From Conger conger (taxonomy: Eukaryota), in NCBI RefSeq assembly GCF_963514075.1, contig NC_083776.1, forward strand, positions 18,886,415-18,950,414: DNA of 64,000 nt, in the 5' to 3' direction. A program made the position numbers and the translations under genes. This document shows, piece by piece, positions 12,872 through 27,289 of the stretch (positions are counted from its first letter, which is position 1; each line of letters opens with the position of its first letter). A model generated the notes under the pieces. That model had not been told where the DNA came from, ran no database searches, and saw only the letters and a list, made by a program, of their open reading frames with translations.

Positions 12872-15800
12872 GAGCCTGCCTACATAGATAAAAATGACAG
12901 CTTGGTGCAAGCTATGTTTTAGCAGAGCTAGAATAAGCTACCATTAGAAATACATTAAACTAGTTCAATTAAAAATAATAAAGTAACTAGATTCCACTAT
13001 TTACCTCATAGCAATCAATGTGTAGCTGAGGAAGCATAGCTTGGATACACATACACACATACAAACAAAAAATAACAGGACATATATCATAAAAAGGAGA
13101 AACATGGTGGTTGGTCACACTTTCTATGTTTTTATATCCAATTTATATGCAATATATAAACAAGAGTACAGTGAAGAAACAAAATGAAATTATTAAATAT
13201 GTCCGTGTTTTAGTTTTGAAGAAGTAAGCGGATGAAAATGTTCTCCTCATAGTGCGTCACACAAGGATAAGCACTACCCGATCCATGCAGTTCGTGTCGC
13301 TGGCCTACAGGCAAGACAATACAAATATTTAACTAATGTTAGGTTCACTCAAAATTAGACTGGCTTTTATTTCTGGTTATATTCAGCTAGGTAACGTTAG
13401 CTAGCTAGCTAGTTTGCTTTTTTAGTTGATATACTAAGTTAGCTAGCTTGTCAAAATTCAGTCTCCCAAGATGAGCGTGTATCATGGAGGCAGCTATGGC
13501 AACAGACAACAAAAGTGGGGGCACGGTCTGTCAACCATAGCTAATTGACAGTTCTCATTACCACGCCCAGACAGCTTGGGTGAACCTTAAAAGTGGGAAA
13601 TTTAGGTTTAGAAAAATTTGTTTTAAAATACTTTAAGTAATTATGCACATTTGTTTCATTGTTGCCTAAAGACAACTGGCAAGCGTCACATTCAACCACC
13701 ATGTTACTGCTTTAAAAATCACGCAATACATAACCCGATAAAGGTGATTTAACACCTTATAAGAACATTTATCAATATTAGCCAATCAGGTTAGCCAACC
13801 AAGTTTGCATACCATCTCCATAATACAGTAAACAGAAAATCACTTTTCTTCCAGTAGCCAGTGAATTCAATTGAGGTAGCTGTCAGAGGTGTGCGTAATA
13901 TTCAGAGCTGTGTAGTCAGATTTTCAGAAAGACACCTCAGAGATGGCACTACAGCATATACTGCAGCACCCACCCCCCCTTAAAAAAACAAAATGTCATC
14001 ATATTAACACCTGCTTGCAATTCATGTCATCTGGATACAGCTTGCTTGCAGCTCTTTTGCCACGATCATACAGTAGCTCAGTCGAGACATTAGCCAACAA
14101 TTTCTAGTTTACAAACGAATAGCAGTAGTAAATAAAGTAGTAGCTGATAAAGGTAGGATAAACGGAAATGCCTTTAAGCTTTTTGGACTGTTTTACATAC
14201 CTGGGGTACTGGAGAATTTTCATAAAAAAAGATATTAAATGAATGCAAAAAAGAAATATGCAGGATAGGATTTATTTTTCAGATCGCATATTGCATACCT
14301 TCCCAGGGTTTTGTTTTATGTCCTGATAGCCTGAGGCCTAGTTTTACATGCCCATTCTCCAGCCCAGTTTTAAGTGACTTTAAGGCTTATTGATGTCTCT
14401 TCTGATTGGCTGGCTAGCTCCAACAAACTGAACACAATCTGTGCTGAGCACTTGAATTTGTTCCAGCAACAAGGTGTTCCGCGCTAAAGCAAATCAGTGT
14501 ATCTTTGTAATGTCAGAAGTTCGCAGAAGTCTAAATGGCTCGTTTAAACGCAAAGAAATTTTATACAGATTGTGTGGATTTATTTGGTGAATGTGCATTT
14601 TCACAGTGTTTCTATTGCACCTTCAACCCCTTCATAATCCATATAGCAAGGAAAATGTAATTTTCCACAATATGGGACGTTTAGCATAACGGTCCTAAAA
14701 TCACCATGAGGATCACCATTCTTTAAACACCTCAGTAGCAGCAGGGCATACAGCGGTATGGGGCACCCTGTCACAGTCAGATGTGAATAATTATACATTC
14801 ATCTGTATTTTCTTTTTAAATATAAAGCGTAAGGACACAGACCACATCTAAACACAGGTCAAAAATTAAAAGAAAAGAAAAAAAAGACTACTGGCCGCAG
14901 CATTGAATGGTTGTACAATTTATTGAAGTTTTTAAACCCTTCTTTTTGGAATTTGGAATTCCCCATTGGAACACACAATTTGAGTGTTCATTCAAATTAA
15001 TGCAACTTTAATTGTAGACGTTGCAATTGATGATGCAAAGCCTCAGCAGTCCACCAATCAACAGCTGCCACAGAGTAGCGGAAGACATTATGAGCAGCTT
15101 GCGCAGGCAGACTGAGGGCACCTGACAGAACCAGGCAAAGCTGGTAAATAATGACACCAGGCACATTTACAACAGGGATCATCAAATTTGGTCCTCGAAT
15201 CCAGATCCAGTCTTGGTTTTCTTTTATCCCAGGGAATTAACTGAAAAATTTGTACTGCTGATTGGCCAGTCTGACTTCACACAGGACTCCCAGGTAAAGG
15301 GAGGGTATAAGACCAGCAGTTCTCAGCCCTCGAGGACTGTGAATTGAGGAACAGGGGTTTACATGCACATTCATATACTTTTCAGAATAAAGCCTGGTTC
15401 ATGCCTCATCCCTCAGCCTTTCAGGGGCAGTTTGGTGGTTCCGGAAATTCCATTGGCGCAGAGAAGACGGCGGCAATTCTTTTTAACCATACGCCGCGCT
15501 CCCTATTGTCTAACAAAGCCACTGTATCGCCTCTCCAGCACGCACTGCTATCCCCGACAAACAGAAACAATTCAACCACCATTCGGAGTCTCCGGGCAAT
15601 ACCGTACGGCCCCTCCATAAGGAGGCTGCCTGAGGAAGCATGAATCAGGCTTAAGACAATACCCCAATCAACATACGGATAGGATACAGCATATTCTGAT
15701 TAAATAACCCGAATAAGGCCTTATTCGGCATAATCTGATTAAATAACCAGAATAAGGATTTATTCGGAATGAGGCATAATCCGAAGAAGACATGTGCCAT

Positions 15801-16280
15801 ATGCCAGTATTACTTGGGTTATTGGAGCACAATTTGGATGTTTGCAGTTTATTCAGAAAATCCATCTCAACCCTGGTTTTCACAAGTCAGCAACACATAC
15901 AACCTGAGGGTGTTGTTTAAGGTCAGCACAGGCGTTACTAAGCTAAACTATCATACTTCAAAAAATATTAAAAGGTATATAAATAGCATAAGGGTCATGA
16001 CGTTATGTGGCCATCTTGTTTCATTTGACTATGCAAGACTGCATGTAAACAGTATTAAAACAATATTTCTCAGGAGCCATGTAAACAGCTCATTCCGAAT
16101 ATCTTCCCTACTCTTCAGTGCAACCTAGCACTGGCATGGTCCAGATGAAACACCAAACCGTCAGGCACGTCCACACACGAGAACAGAGCCTTGCCAGCAT
16201 GCGCCACCCAGCAGTCCCACAACATGATAAATAAAAATGAACACTTAATTTAGTGGGTTCAGATGTTACACAGGTCCTGA

Positions 16281-16870
16281 GTAACTGTTACTAATGACCC
16301 TAAGATACTTTCACAAGTTTTCAACCTGGAGGGCAAGGGATCAAGCCCTAGGTTCAATCTTTAAATAAGGAATGTAATTGGCTAATTATCTCTCCATCTC
16401 CAATTCGTTATTAGTATCATCATCCACATGCAAACATTTACATTAAAAACTAAGGGAATTTAGATGGGGATAAAAATAAAAAAAAGATATATTTTACTTA
16501 ATTATGAACTTGCTTAGAAGTATGGATTTAATAAAGAAATAAACCTAAACCTCATCATCTAAGCTTTCTAAAAGTAACTGTTACTAATGACCCTAAGACA
16601 CTTTCACAAGTTTTCAACCTGGCTTGTAGGGCAAGGAATCATGCCCTAGGTTCAATATTTAAATAAGGAATGTAATTGGCTAATTATCTCTCCATCTACA
16701 ACTCGTTATTAGTATCATCATCCGCATGCAAACGTTTACATTAAAAACTAAGGGAATTTAGATGGGGATAAAAAAAAAAAAAGATATATATTACTTAATT
16801 ATGAACTTGCTTAGAAGTATGGATTTAATAAAGAAATAAACCTAAACCTCATCATCTAAGCCTTCTAAAA
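16281..16870. repeat. Tandem duplication of a ~295-305 bp unit, two copies.
   Basis: Both copies begin gtaactgttactaatgaccctaaga...catctaagc(c)tt(t)ctaaaa. They are near-identical apart from a small indel. Confidence 0.85.
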
Positions 16871-17601
16871 TGAAATAAAAGGTTTCAATTCTGCAATAAA
16901 GAAATCATACTAATGGTCAACACACAATAATAAAATGTGTCAACAGACAGACTATGGAACATATTCTATAATATGAATTATATATAAATCATTGCACATG
17001 GTGAGCATTTCAATTGTTTTATTTCAGATGCCAGAATTCTTCAGAACACGACACGATTCAGAATATTTTAAAGATAACCTGTAACCGCAATCAGAAGGAA
17101 CAATGTATGGGCATGCAGTTTAACACTGAAAGACTAAGGCTTACACAAACACAAGAAAGTACTCATATCCATCAACGACACTAATCAAAGGAAAATGTTA
17201 AAAGCTAAAGGAAACACTACACAATATAAAAGTAAGTAATATCAATGGCAGTAATCTATAACTGAAGATATGCTGGATTTAAATCATTTCACATTTAAAG
17301 TATGAGCAGATAACCACGTGATCATCTGGGGCCAAACTGGGCTGTAGATCGGCAGAGTGATATCAAAGCCCTTTGGACACTGCTTTCATTTCTATGTGTA
17401 CAGGTTGCTTTTAAATCCCTTCTCATGTAACAAAATCTCTACCATTAAAACTACTGAACTTGGCTCACGTCCATCTGCAATTTAAGCAAACAGAAATTAG
17501 CCAGAAACCTTCCAGAAAAAAAAAAAGAAGAAAAAAAAAGAAGCCCATAGAGTAGCAGTGAGATGAAATTCAAGCGAGGAAGGTGCTCTATACACGTCAG
17601 C

Positions 17602-17726
17602 TCAGTATCTGCGACGTTTGTTGTTGGGACCCTCAAAGTTGGCCCCGCCTTGGTTGCCTCTCCCAAAACCCCCGGGCCCAGCACCGCCCACCCCCACAGG
17701 GACTGCCCCCACCATGGGCGGTGGCG

Positions 17727-17761
<35 letters not shown>

Positions 17762-17862
17762 GGTGGCTGCTGCTGTTGTGGTGGCTGCTGCTGCTGTTGT
17801 TGCTGGGCCTCCATTCCCGGTCGGCCGCCCATGGGTGTACCCAAAGGGGGAGGGCCGCCACT
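17602..17862 (-). CDS. pspc1: pspc1 last coding exon (SGGPPPLGTPMGGRPGMEAQQQQQQQPPQQQQPPQQQQQQQQQQQPPPPMVGAVPVGVGGAGPGGFGRGNQGGANFEGPNNKRRRY*), including a polyQ/polyP tract.
   Basis: Anchored to ORF 17602..17844(-). Acceptor gatagatttccccag| (minus strand). The C-terminus GGFGRGNQGGANFEGPNNKRRRY matches PSPC1 ...GGFGRGSQGGNFEGPNKRRRY. Confidence 0.8.
17690..17820 (-). repeat. pspc1: Coding trinucleotide repeat, (CAG/CAA)n with CCN interruptions on the minus strand and (CTG)n on the plus strand, giving polyQ-polyP.
   Basis: Direct reading of ctgctgctgttgctgctg... The ORF track reports 80, 94, 115 and 181 aa artefact ORFs in all frames over this stretch. Confidence 0.9.
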
Positions 17863-18939
17863 CTGGGGAAATCTATCATTGCGCTACAGGGCCGTGTTTT
17901 AAGCAGCACATTCACAGTCCAGTCCAATGATCGATGGTCGGTCAGAAAAGAATGTTTGTGTTGGGATTGTTTTTGTTTTTGTTTTTTTAATACAGACACC
18001 AGCACAGGTAGGTCCGAACGACGGCGTTGGGAAGAATCGAGGGCAGAGGAGATCCAAGGAGTGGCAGGATCAAACGGTGGAGAAGGAAGAAAGGAGTGGT
18101 TTTATTAGAGATCCGTAGCAACGCTCAGCCCTCCCCACATTCACTGACGCCTCATACCCACGAGAACTTCCTAACTGAAACACGTATTCACCTATGGTAC
18201 CTCCCCTTAATGAAATACAACCCAGTTGTATTCCATTGTCCCTGAAGGAACAGATAACTCTGGTTATACTAAATATTCCGTGTAAAATAAAATATTGAAA
18301 TGTCCTCCATTACCATAAAAAATGTGGACCTTGACAACAATCACTTCTTCATGGACCACAATATTGTAAAAATACTTCCATAACTAGCCCAATCAAGCAT
18401 TTCTGGCATAAAGCAAGGTCCTTGGACCTGTGTTCTTATGGCTGTGTATTTCAGTACATCGGAGGATTTGGTTTTCGTACATGTGGGTATGTACGTCAAT
18501 ATTTTGACTTCAGCCGTTTCTGATTACACATGTATATTTCAATCAGGAATAGTACAGTTATAAGAAAGATTTCAGTATTGAGTCTTGAATGAATTGCCTT
18601 CTGATTGAATTGAGTCTGTTATTGGCGTTTGTCAACATGAGGACCAAAGTTGTGCCAATGACATTCAAGGATGGAATTATGATTGAAAAGTTAGAGACAT
18701 AGGCCAAACAATAGGCATACCAAAATATGCTCTTTGAAAGATAACTATGAAGAGAATACGGGTGAGCTTGTAGGCCAAGGAAGACCTCTATAGCAATGAC
18801 TAAAGAATTCTCACCATAATGAAGAAAACCCTCCCCAAACATCTGTCCAACAAATCAGAAACAGGCAGGTGCGAATGTGACTACTGTCTGCAGAAGACGA
18901 GACAAACAGAAATGCAGAGGCTACACTGCAAGATGCAAA

Positions 18940-19140
18940 GCTCAAGTAAACTGCAGAGTGATGGCAAGGGGAAAGTGTGTAGGTCAAAAGGAACTGTCCA
19001 AAATCCAAAGCACCCCGTAATCTGTGAAACGTGGTTGTGGGGGTGTACTAGTTTGGGGATGTATGGCTGCCACAGCTACTGGCTCACATGAACTAATTGA
19101 TAATGTACCTGCTGATAGCAGTAGCAGAATTAATTCAGAA
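18940..19140 (+). mobile_element. Fragment of a Tc1/mariner-type transposase, related to the remnant at 44150-44620.
   Basis: ORF 18819..19091 (...KGTVQNPKHPVICETWLWGC...) parallels GGEKKQPKIQSIPPYL/VKLCGC in the 44.2 kb copy. Confidence 0.4.
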
Positions 19141-19689
19141 GAATACAGAAGCATCTTATCTGCTCACACACAATGAAATGCCTCCACACGCATTGGAGGA
19201 TGCTTCATCTAACAGCAGTGCAATGATCAGAAACATACAACCAGTACTCTCTTATTTTTGTTACAAACAGTTTGTTTCAGTTCTTTTTTGGCCTATGTCT
19301 CTGACTGTTTTTTCCAAGTTTCTCAGTCTCATAATTGCTTTTTTATTTGCAGTGTATGGAGGGGGAAGTAGAGATCATAGTCAAATTAGTGGTAGTTCCT
19401 TCTCCTGCTACATTATCTGTCTAGTGTCCTGACATACGCATTGTCCTTGTGCTACGGCAACCAAAACAGAGAAAGGCGATTAGAAAAGTGTTTTTATGAA
19501 AGCTTTGATAAGCAGCGGAGATATGTGATCTGGCCTCCCTGCAGTAAAGTGCACGAGGGTCATGAGTCTGGGCAGCAGTGGCTTCGTGGGCGAGTGTATT
19601 GGAGGTGTGCACGAGACGAAGGAAGGGCAATTCCTGGGTCCCAAACGGCACATTAATCAAGAGCAGCGATTGGCCCCACAATACAGGCT

Positions 19690-19850
19690 GAGCATAGACT
19701 GGGCTGGGAGTCGTGTGCGCATGTGCGTGCGTGTGTGAGCATGTGTGTGCGTGTGCGTGCGCGAGCGTGTGCGAGCGTGTGCGTGCATGTGTGCGTGTGT
19801 GAGCGTGTGTGAGCGTGTGAGCATGTGTGAGCATGTGTGTGCGTGTGTGT
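19690..19850. repeat. (GTGTGCGT/GTGAGC)n compound microsatellite.
   Basis: Direct reading. Confidence 0.9.
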
Positions 19851-21769
19851 TTACATGGGGGGGATGTAGGGGTATCTTCCAGGATTTAATTTCACTCATG
19901 GGAAAATATTCTCCCCTTGGAAATGTTGCTTTGGCAACCGTGAGGCAGCAGATCCCATAAAGGCAGTTTGATGAACAGTGGTAGGCCCTACGGACCAGAT
20001 CACACCTGGCCCAATAAATGTGCGTTACCCACCCCCAGCATTTTTCTGTGTAATGGCCATATTGGAGGACCCAAAGTCCTACTTTCCAGTATTCGTTTCC
20101 CAACGTGATGAAACGGAGTGCCCCTTATTCTTGCACTATAATATAAATGCAGGAATGTTACTTTGCAATGATATTTTAAAATGGTTGTATTGGAGGTTAT
20201 GAATCTTGCAAAGCCAGACTTCAACATCCACATTTTTTCCACAGACATACTGACATATTAATACTTGATAATAATCTACAATGTCTTCCAGTGTGCTATA
20301 ATTAGAGCGATCATGGCCAGATAATCTAATTCATGTTTTTTTTGTACAAGGGCAGGCTTTACCATCCATGCAAACGACCAACCCTCATCAGATTTAACAA
20401 TAATAACAAAACCATAATGTTTTAGAGATAATCTTCATACAATTTAAAGGAGTAACATGGTGGTTGAATGTGACACTTGCCAGTTGTCTTTAGGCATAAA
20501 CAAGCATATTTGTTTATATTATTCAGTCATTTAAATGCATTTTCAAATACTTATTTTTCTAAGCCTAAATTTCCCATCATAAAAGTTCACCCAAACTTTC
20601 TGGGCATGGTAATGAGAACTGTCAATTAGCTATCCACACATTGTTGTTTGTTACCATAGCTACCTCCATCAAGCACTCATCTTGGGCGAATTTTCACAAG
20701 CTAGAACGCAAACTAGCTAGCTAGCTAAATTAATATAACCAGAAATAGTCTAATAGTCCTTATAGGGGAGGGATAAGGGGAGTGGTTATCATTGTGTGAC
20801 GCAATACCAGGAGAGTATTCTCAACCGGTTGAAAATAGAACGATACATTTAAAAGGCTTACTTCTCCAAAACTAAAGGATGGACATATTTAATACTTTTA
20901 TCATGCTTTTTCAATGCCTCCTTGTGCAAATTGCATATAAAAACATAGAAAGTGTGATCAACCACCATGTTACCCCTTTAATATTACTTCACTACTGACA
21001 GGAAATGCCATAACATGAGATCATGCTGACATTATAGCCATCTATTTAGAGATTATGAAGCAAGTACGATTTCAAATAGGCTTGACAGTTCATGAATTAT
21101 ATTTTGTTGTGTAAACTTGCAAACCTTAACCAAGCGAATAAGTAGATCTAAGGTTGGTCCCTTGAGGTGAAGATCCTCCAGATATTGTTGTGTGTTTCAA
21201 ATATTTCAGAACAACATCAGGAACCAAATCACACCCTCAAGATAAGTTGTGGATGCACAAAAACCCTTTTTTTATTTCTATTATAATTTTTTTAACCTAG
21301 CTCCTTGGACAAAACTCCTGATAAGAGTCCAGCAGATCAGCACCTAACGGATAGTTTTATAGCACTACATATTCATGAAGGCATAACATCCTTTTAACCC
21401 TTCAAGGTGTAAGATCACAAATATGCAATGAGAATGTTCTCAACTGCTGATGTCAATATCACTACTGCTAATTGAGAGCAGGTTCTAGAACACTAACCGA
21501 ATAAAAAAATAAAAATAAAAATGAGCAAACCTAATCTTCAAAAGGTTTAATCGGTCACTGAATAATTCACTATTTTTACCCAGCAAACAATTTGGAAAAC
21601 ATACGTCAGAAACATATCGCATTATTAATCATTCCATTTTTTATGTTAGGTTAAAGTGGATCCAGATAAATACAAACCAGACACTGTACTTTCATGCAAA
21701 AAAGTCTTATGTCCAAAGCATGAGGGGTAAAGGGAAGAGGGGAATGAGAGGGCTAGGTGAATACGTTAC

Positions 21770-21877
21770 CATGGCTCCGTTATCCGGCATCATTGGGGTC
21801 CCCATGCCAGCCGCTCCCTCTGGGCCCATGGCTCCGCCGCGGCCAGGCAGACCCAGGCCCCTCATTTGTGGGGGCCC
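21770..21877 (-). CDS. pspc1: pspc1 exon 7 ([36 protein letters not shown]).
   Basis: Anchored to ORF 21707..21976(-). Acceptor ...aaccag| and donor GCCATG|gtaacg. 108 nt, phase 0 to 0. Matches PSPC1 ...[23 protein letters not shown]. Confidence 0.7.
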
Positions 21878-24371
21878 CTGGTTACCGCCAGCAGCAGCTG
21901 GGTTATACGCATCTACGCAAAACAACGTGGTGGTTTGCTTTCTTACGCGTAGCCCAAGTGAGAACAAGTAGAACATCTGAAAGAGGCTGTGTGAAGCTCC
22001 TGTCCGTCAAATTATTATGAGTATTTTTCTTTTTTTTCTTTTTACTTTTTGATTGAAACAAACTGGACTTGGTCAGATCATATTTGGGACTGCACGATAC
22101 CGAGGTGCGCAGATTAAAAACATTCCAACAAACACAACTGCAGCAGGCCTATCCCCCATATGCCACAACTGCCCCTTTTCCAAAAACATATGCACTTAAT
22201 CCCACCCCGGATGCTGGATCGCAGAACAGCGCACTGCAAAGGCACGACCCTGTAGAAAGGCCCAGACATCGGGACACTCTCCTTTGATGAGTCCAGGCTC
22301 ATGTCGTTCCATCAACAGGCTATTTAGCATACATTACACACTCATTCTTCACTACTTTGCCATTCAAGACCAACCCACAAACATTCACTAAATAATATTA
22401 ATATCATGGGAGGTATGAAGTTTCCCAGTTTTCAACGTGCCCATGACGTTGGACAATATTATGCAAGTTTTACAGTAAAATAATGCACAAAGGAAAATGT
22501 CTCGCAGGTGAGTCAGGTGTGCTGCACAGTAATAATTACTTTGTTTTACGACTTGACGCTGATGGTAGAAAGATGAGGTATATGCAAGACAACTGGAACA
22601 TACCAATATCTCAAAGACAGCCAACACTAACATTGCTTTTACAAACAGGCAAAATGTTTTACACTTCCTAGCATGGAAACACAAGGTACCATAGCCACAT
22701 GGCAGAATACATGCGATCATTCAAATGGTGTGTCCCTTCATTTTATCTGATCTAAGAAATCAAACATACTTTTTTTGTTCCATGATCCCGGAATAGTAAA
22801 AGGTTTTATTTTATAAATAATATTCTTTCTTCTCCAGTTCTGGTAAAACAAAATAGTGTGGGAAGTGTTACACACTCAAAGTCATTACATGTGGAGTAAC
22901 AAGTTGTAGCAGATTCGATACAAGTTACCCCAGGAAAATATCCCTGACCAAATGACTGTACATTCCGAAGAACTGGTTTAGTTACACTACACCTTTGTTT
23001 TCTTTCAAATACTGCCATAAATCTCTCATATCAGTCATGAAATTTGTACTCATTTTTAGCCAGAGAGGAAACTTCTACAAAATACAGGTGAATCATGAAC
23101 CTGGGCTACTGAATATCACGTAGAAGATTCTCAATATATAGAATTATATATTGTGTTTCAACACAGCATGGAAGTATAAACAATGTCTTCGAATATATGC
23201 ATCTAACATCCACAACACTGTGATGCTTATGAGTGTACTTTTTTTAAAAATAAAAGTGTAGGTTATATATTGGGCAAATGCTGACAGAAATAGTTAAATG
23301 TAGTACTATCGTGAAGAAAATGATTAATTATCTACACCAGGGTTGAGTGAATGCATACAGCAGTCACCATGCACAGTTAAGGCTACAGCTGCAACATAAA
23401 AATCCATAATTAATTGTTGAGAATTCTAAATCCATTTTATATACATTGATAGACAAAAGGGTTACCTACACGCCATTATCAGAATACAGCAATCACACAC
23501 TCCAGACACACACCAGAATTTAGTTTTTGAACTATTCAGAACTGTTGATGTTTTCAATCATTTCAACAGATCGCACTTGAAAGCTACTGTACATACAGTA
23601 CAGCATCCCAGGAAATAAGACACTTATGGACATATCCCCGATGAACAAGGAGCAGCAAAATATTGCACAGCAAACCTTTCAAACAACTTGCGTGATGTAT
23701 GATGTTCATGTGAATTTTATCATATACAACATACAGTGTTTTGGACAGTGCATTGAGGAGCAGGCTTTTTCAGAATGAGCACCAGGTTCCAATTTAACAA
23801 AGTAAAAAGATTAAAGCAAGTATAAAATATTTCACTCTACAAAGAAGCAATTCAACATGCAGTCACAGATGATATAGAAATATTATATATCATATATAAC
23901 AGAAATATTTCTGTTTTTGAAACAAAGAATGTAACCCATGAGTAGCATAGACAGACAGACTGAGGAAGGTGATGAGGAAACCACAGATAGCTGGAGCAGA
24001 ACGAATATATCGGTCGACACTTCAGATTCCCGCAAAAGGCCCACACATTGTTTCTTACATTACAGGAGGTTGGGGTACAGTACAAATCCCAGCACACACC
24101 TGCAAGTAACGTGCAGTCCCAAACACATGTGAATGGATGTCCCAGGAGCCCCACACAGCTGATTGACAGTCCACGGCGTCATTATGACCCTACCTCCCAT
24201 ATTTATGCCTCCACGTGGACCCATATCACCCATTCTCATATCCTGCTCTCTCTGGAAGTGAAAAGAATTTTGGACGGGTCAACTAAATCGGTATATTAGG
24301 GGAATAATGATAACAAGAAGAACTGAGCACAGTATATTTTAGGCACTCCGAATCCAAGGACACCCTGAGCA

Positions 24372-24387
24372 GCAATGAAAACACACA

Positions 24388-24447
<60 letters not shown>

Positions 24448-24495
24448 CACACGCACACACGCACACACGCACACACGCACACACGCACACACACA
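24372..24495. repeat. (ACGC/GCACGCAC)n microsatellite.
   Basis: Direct reading. Confidence 0.9.
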
Positions 24496-27289
24496 GAGCC
24501 CCATAATGTTTGGTACAAAGACCTTTTTTTTTTTGGCTCTGTATGCCACAATTTTTTATTTATAATGACACTTCACATGTGGTTAAAATTCAGATTCTTA
24601 ACTCTAACAGGAATTTCAATACATTTTCCCACCATGTAGAAATCAGGAAAAGCTGCCTTCCATTTCAGGGAACCAGAAGGTTTGGGACATTTTAACATTA
24701 TGTAAATAAAATTCATGTTTGGGACCATGTTGGACCACCTTTGCATACAATGACTGCTTGAAGTCTGTGACCCAGACATCAACAGGTGCTGAGCATCTCT
24801 TTGTGCTTGCCATCACACTAATACACGTGAATCTTGGTCTTATCTGTCCTCAAGACCTTTTTCCAGAACTCAGTAAGGTCTTTTAGGCACTCTTTTAGGC
24901 ACATCACAACTGTAACCTGGTGATCCTGTTTTTGTGGCAAAAAAAAAAGTGATTTGTTTGAGTAGACACTGGCACACCCACACTTGCCTCCTGAAGGCAG
25001 CCATAATGGCTTCCTTGACTTGCATTCTCACAACACTGGTCCTCATGTAGACAAATGCCAATAACAGACTCCAAAGGAAATCAAAAGCATAGAATCAAGA
25101 CTAGATGTAGATGGTGGTGGTGGGGGGGGGGGCATGTATAAAGTTTGCATCAATTTCTACATAGTGAAACAAAATACATTAAGCTGAGAATCTGCACTTT
25201 AACCAGATGTGAATTTAAATTGCGGAATGAACAGAGCCAAATTGAGAAAAATTAGTCTTTGTCCCAAACATTATGGAGTTCACTGTATCAATAAAGCTGT
25301 AATATTACACACACTGTGAGTTTATTTCTCCAAATTTTTCACCCCAACTTTTGGAATGGCCAAATGTGGTTGCCGCTTCATTATCTTGGCCCACAGAAGA
25401 GGCTTGTGCTCGTGAGTGTCCGTGCCTCAGGCCGATCAGCCCTGTGGGACACCGATCAGAAGAGCTCTGATGCCTGATGAGTGTGAGCAGCCCGTCAGCA
25501 CTGGCACTCGGAGGAGCTCATGGGGGGGTGAGGCTGCGACTGACCCCAGCAACACTCAGCAGGAAAAGCCAACTTTGTCCCACTGTTGTCACAGCCCAAA
25601 CACAAACCCACATGATCTTGGCCACTGGACATGGCACGTGGGAAGCTCCAGAGCCCTATTATTAACTCACTTCCCTTCAGGGAAGAATTTTACAAATAAA
25701 ATATAAATGTTAAAAATATGTGTATACACATTTCACAATTTTACTGAACTCAGTCGAACATGTTGGTCTCCCGCCAGCAGCCCTTCCTGCAACATCAGGA
25801 GGAGACGGCAGATACATGACTCTGCCGATTCATGCAACTATTCAGCTTTTTTTCCCACACTGCAGACGCACCACCAATCATACACTGCCCATGTTGCTGG
25901 AGGAGAACAAGGCCAGTGTATTCTTAGTTTGTGTGACCACAGGGGCCTGGTCTGACCAGGAGTGGCCACTATAGAGTGATGAGACCGGCAGAAATGCCAG
26001 CTTACCCCCTATAATTCCCCAGCGAGGCTGGGCCTAATGTTGCCGCACCAATGCTGAGATCCGGCCATAGCTGGCAATGGCATGACCGGGCAAAAACACC
26101 CAGACCCAGGGCTCACGCTTCTACTGAGAATGAGTGTCTTTACCTTCACCTGGTAGCTTAGGGTGTAAAATGTTTACTTTTATTACGATGGCAATGATGA
26201 AAATACTTCAAATAAGCAAATAAATGGCATTGCAAAAAGTAGCCAAGACTCTTCAAATTGCCTTGATCTGTGCTTATTCAAAATGACACTTAGCAAAAAC
26301 TAAGAAAAAATAAAAAATAAAGGATAAGACATGCAACCATCAGTAGCCATTACTATTCACACAGTGAGCTTGTACCATTCCCACAAATGCTCCAGCTTGT
26401 ACTACGTGAACAAGTGCTGGATAAAGATTCAGAAGGTCATTCAGAGCATATGAATAACTGTATTAGTACTACTTCTTGTACTGATACTTTTGATTTGATA
26501 TTGGATCTTGAACACAGACACCATTCTGGCAATGAAATTCATTGGTAGAAAATATTTTTTTACAATACGTTGTGGAATTTTCCTTCAATGGCTGCAGATA
26601 AATGAACAAATCCCCTTTTGGAATTATGCACCATATATGTCATTAATGGTAAAATATGATCAAATATGTTGGACTACTAAATTGAAGAGAATCTACATTT
26701 GTTGAAAGGAAAAAGGACAAACAGGGGAAAAAATAAAAAACTTCATACATACATATATTCCTGGAAAATACATACTTAATTATGAATAAAAACACCCATC
26801 TTATAATGTAATAAAGACAACACAAATATAAAAGTTATGTATGACTGCAGGTCTGTCTAGGAGTAGATGACAGTAAACATGAGGTTTAGTTCAGTCAGTG
26901 ACCCTTGTCATAAATGTTTCACGTTTATGAAATTGTGTTCTACATCATGCCATAAATGATAAGGCTATTCTATGCCCTTTAAAAGAACAGAGAAAGCCAT
27001 TAACATTCCCGTCCATAGTAGTCTATTAATCCACACACTCCTGTTCTACCTGAATATTTTATCAAACAATATGCACAATCCTATAGGAAACCACATGTAG
27101 TTGTAAGGCAAGAAGCATTATCAATGACGTACAGCAGTTACTTTTACATAACAAGAACTAGTTAAGTACAAGCCGATTAACTGTACCCTTGCTTAAAAGA
27201 CTCTAATTAACAACTAAACAAATAGTGTAAAAATAAAAACTTACCTTGAGCGTATTTCACAAACTTGTCTTGAGTAATTCAAATGCATG

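Noticed and set aside
17451-18108. 184 and 181 aa ORFs overlapping the pspc1 terminal exon in other frames (polyS, polyL, polyA and polyC peptides).
   Set aside because: Frame-shifted readings of the CAG/CTG trinucleotide repeat. The PSPC1-homologous frame ends ...KRRRY*.
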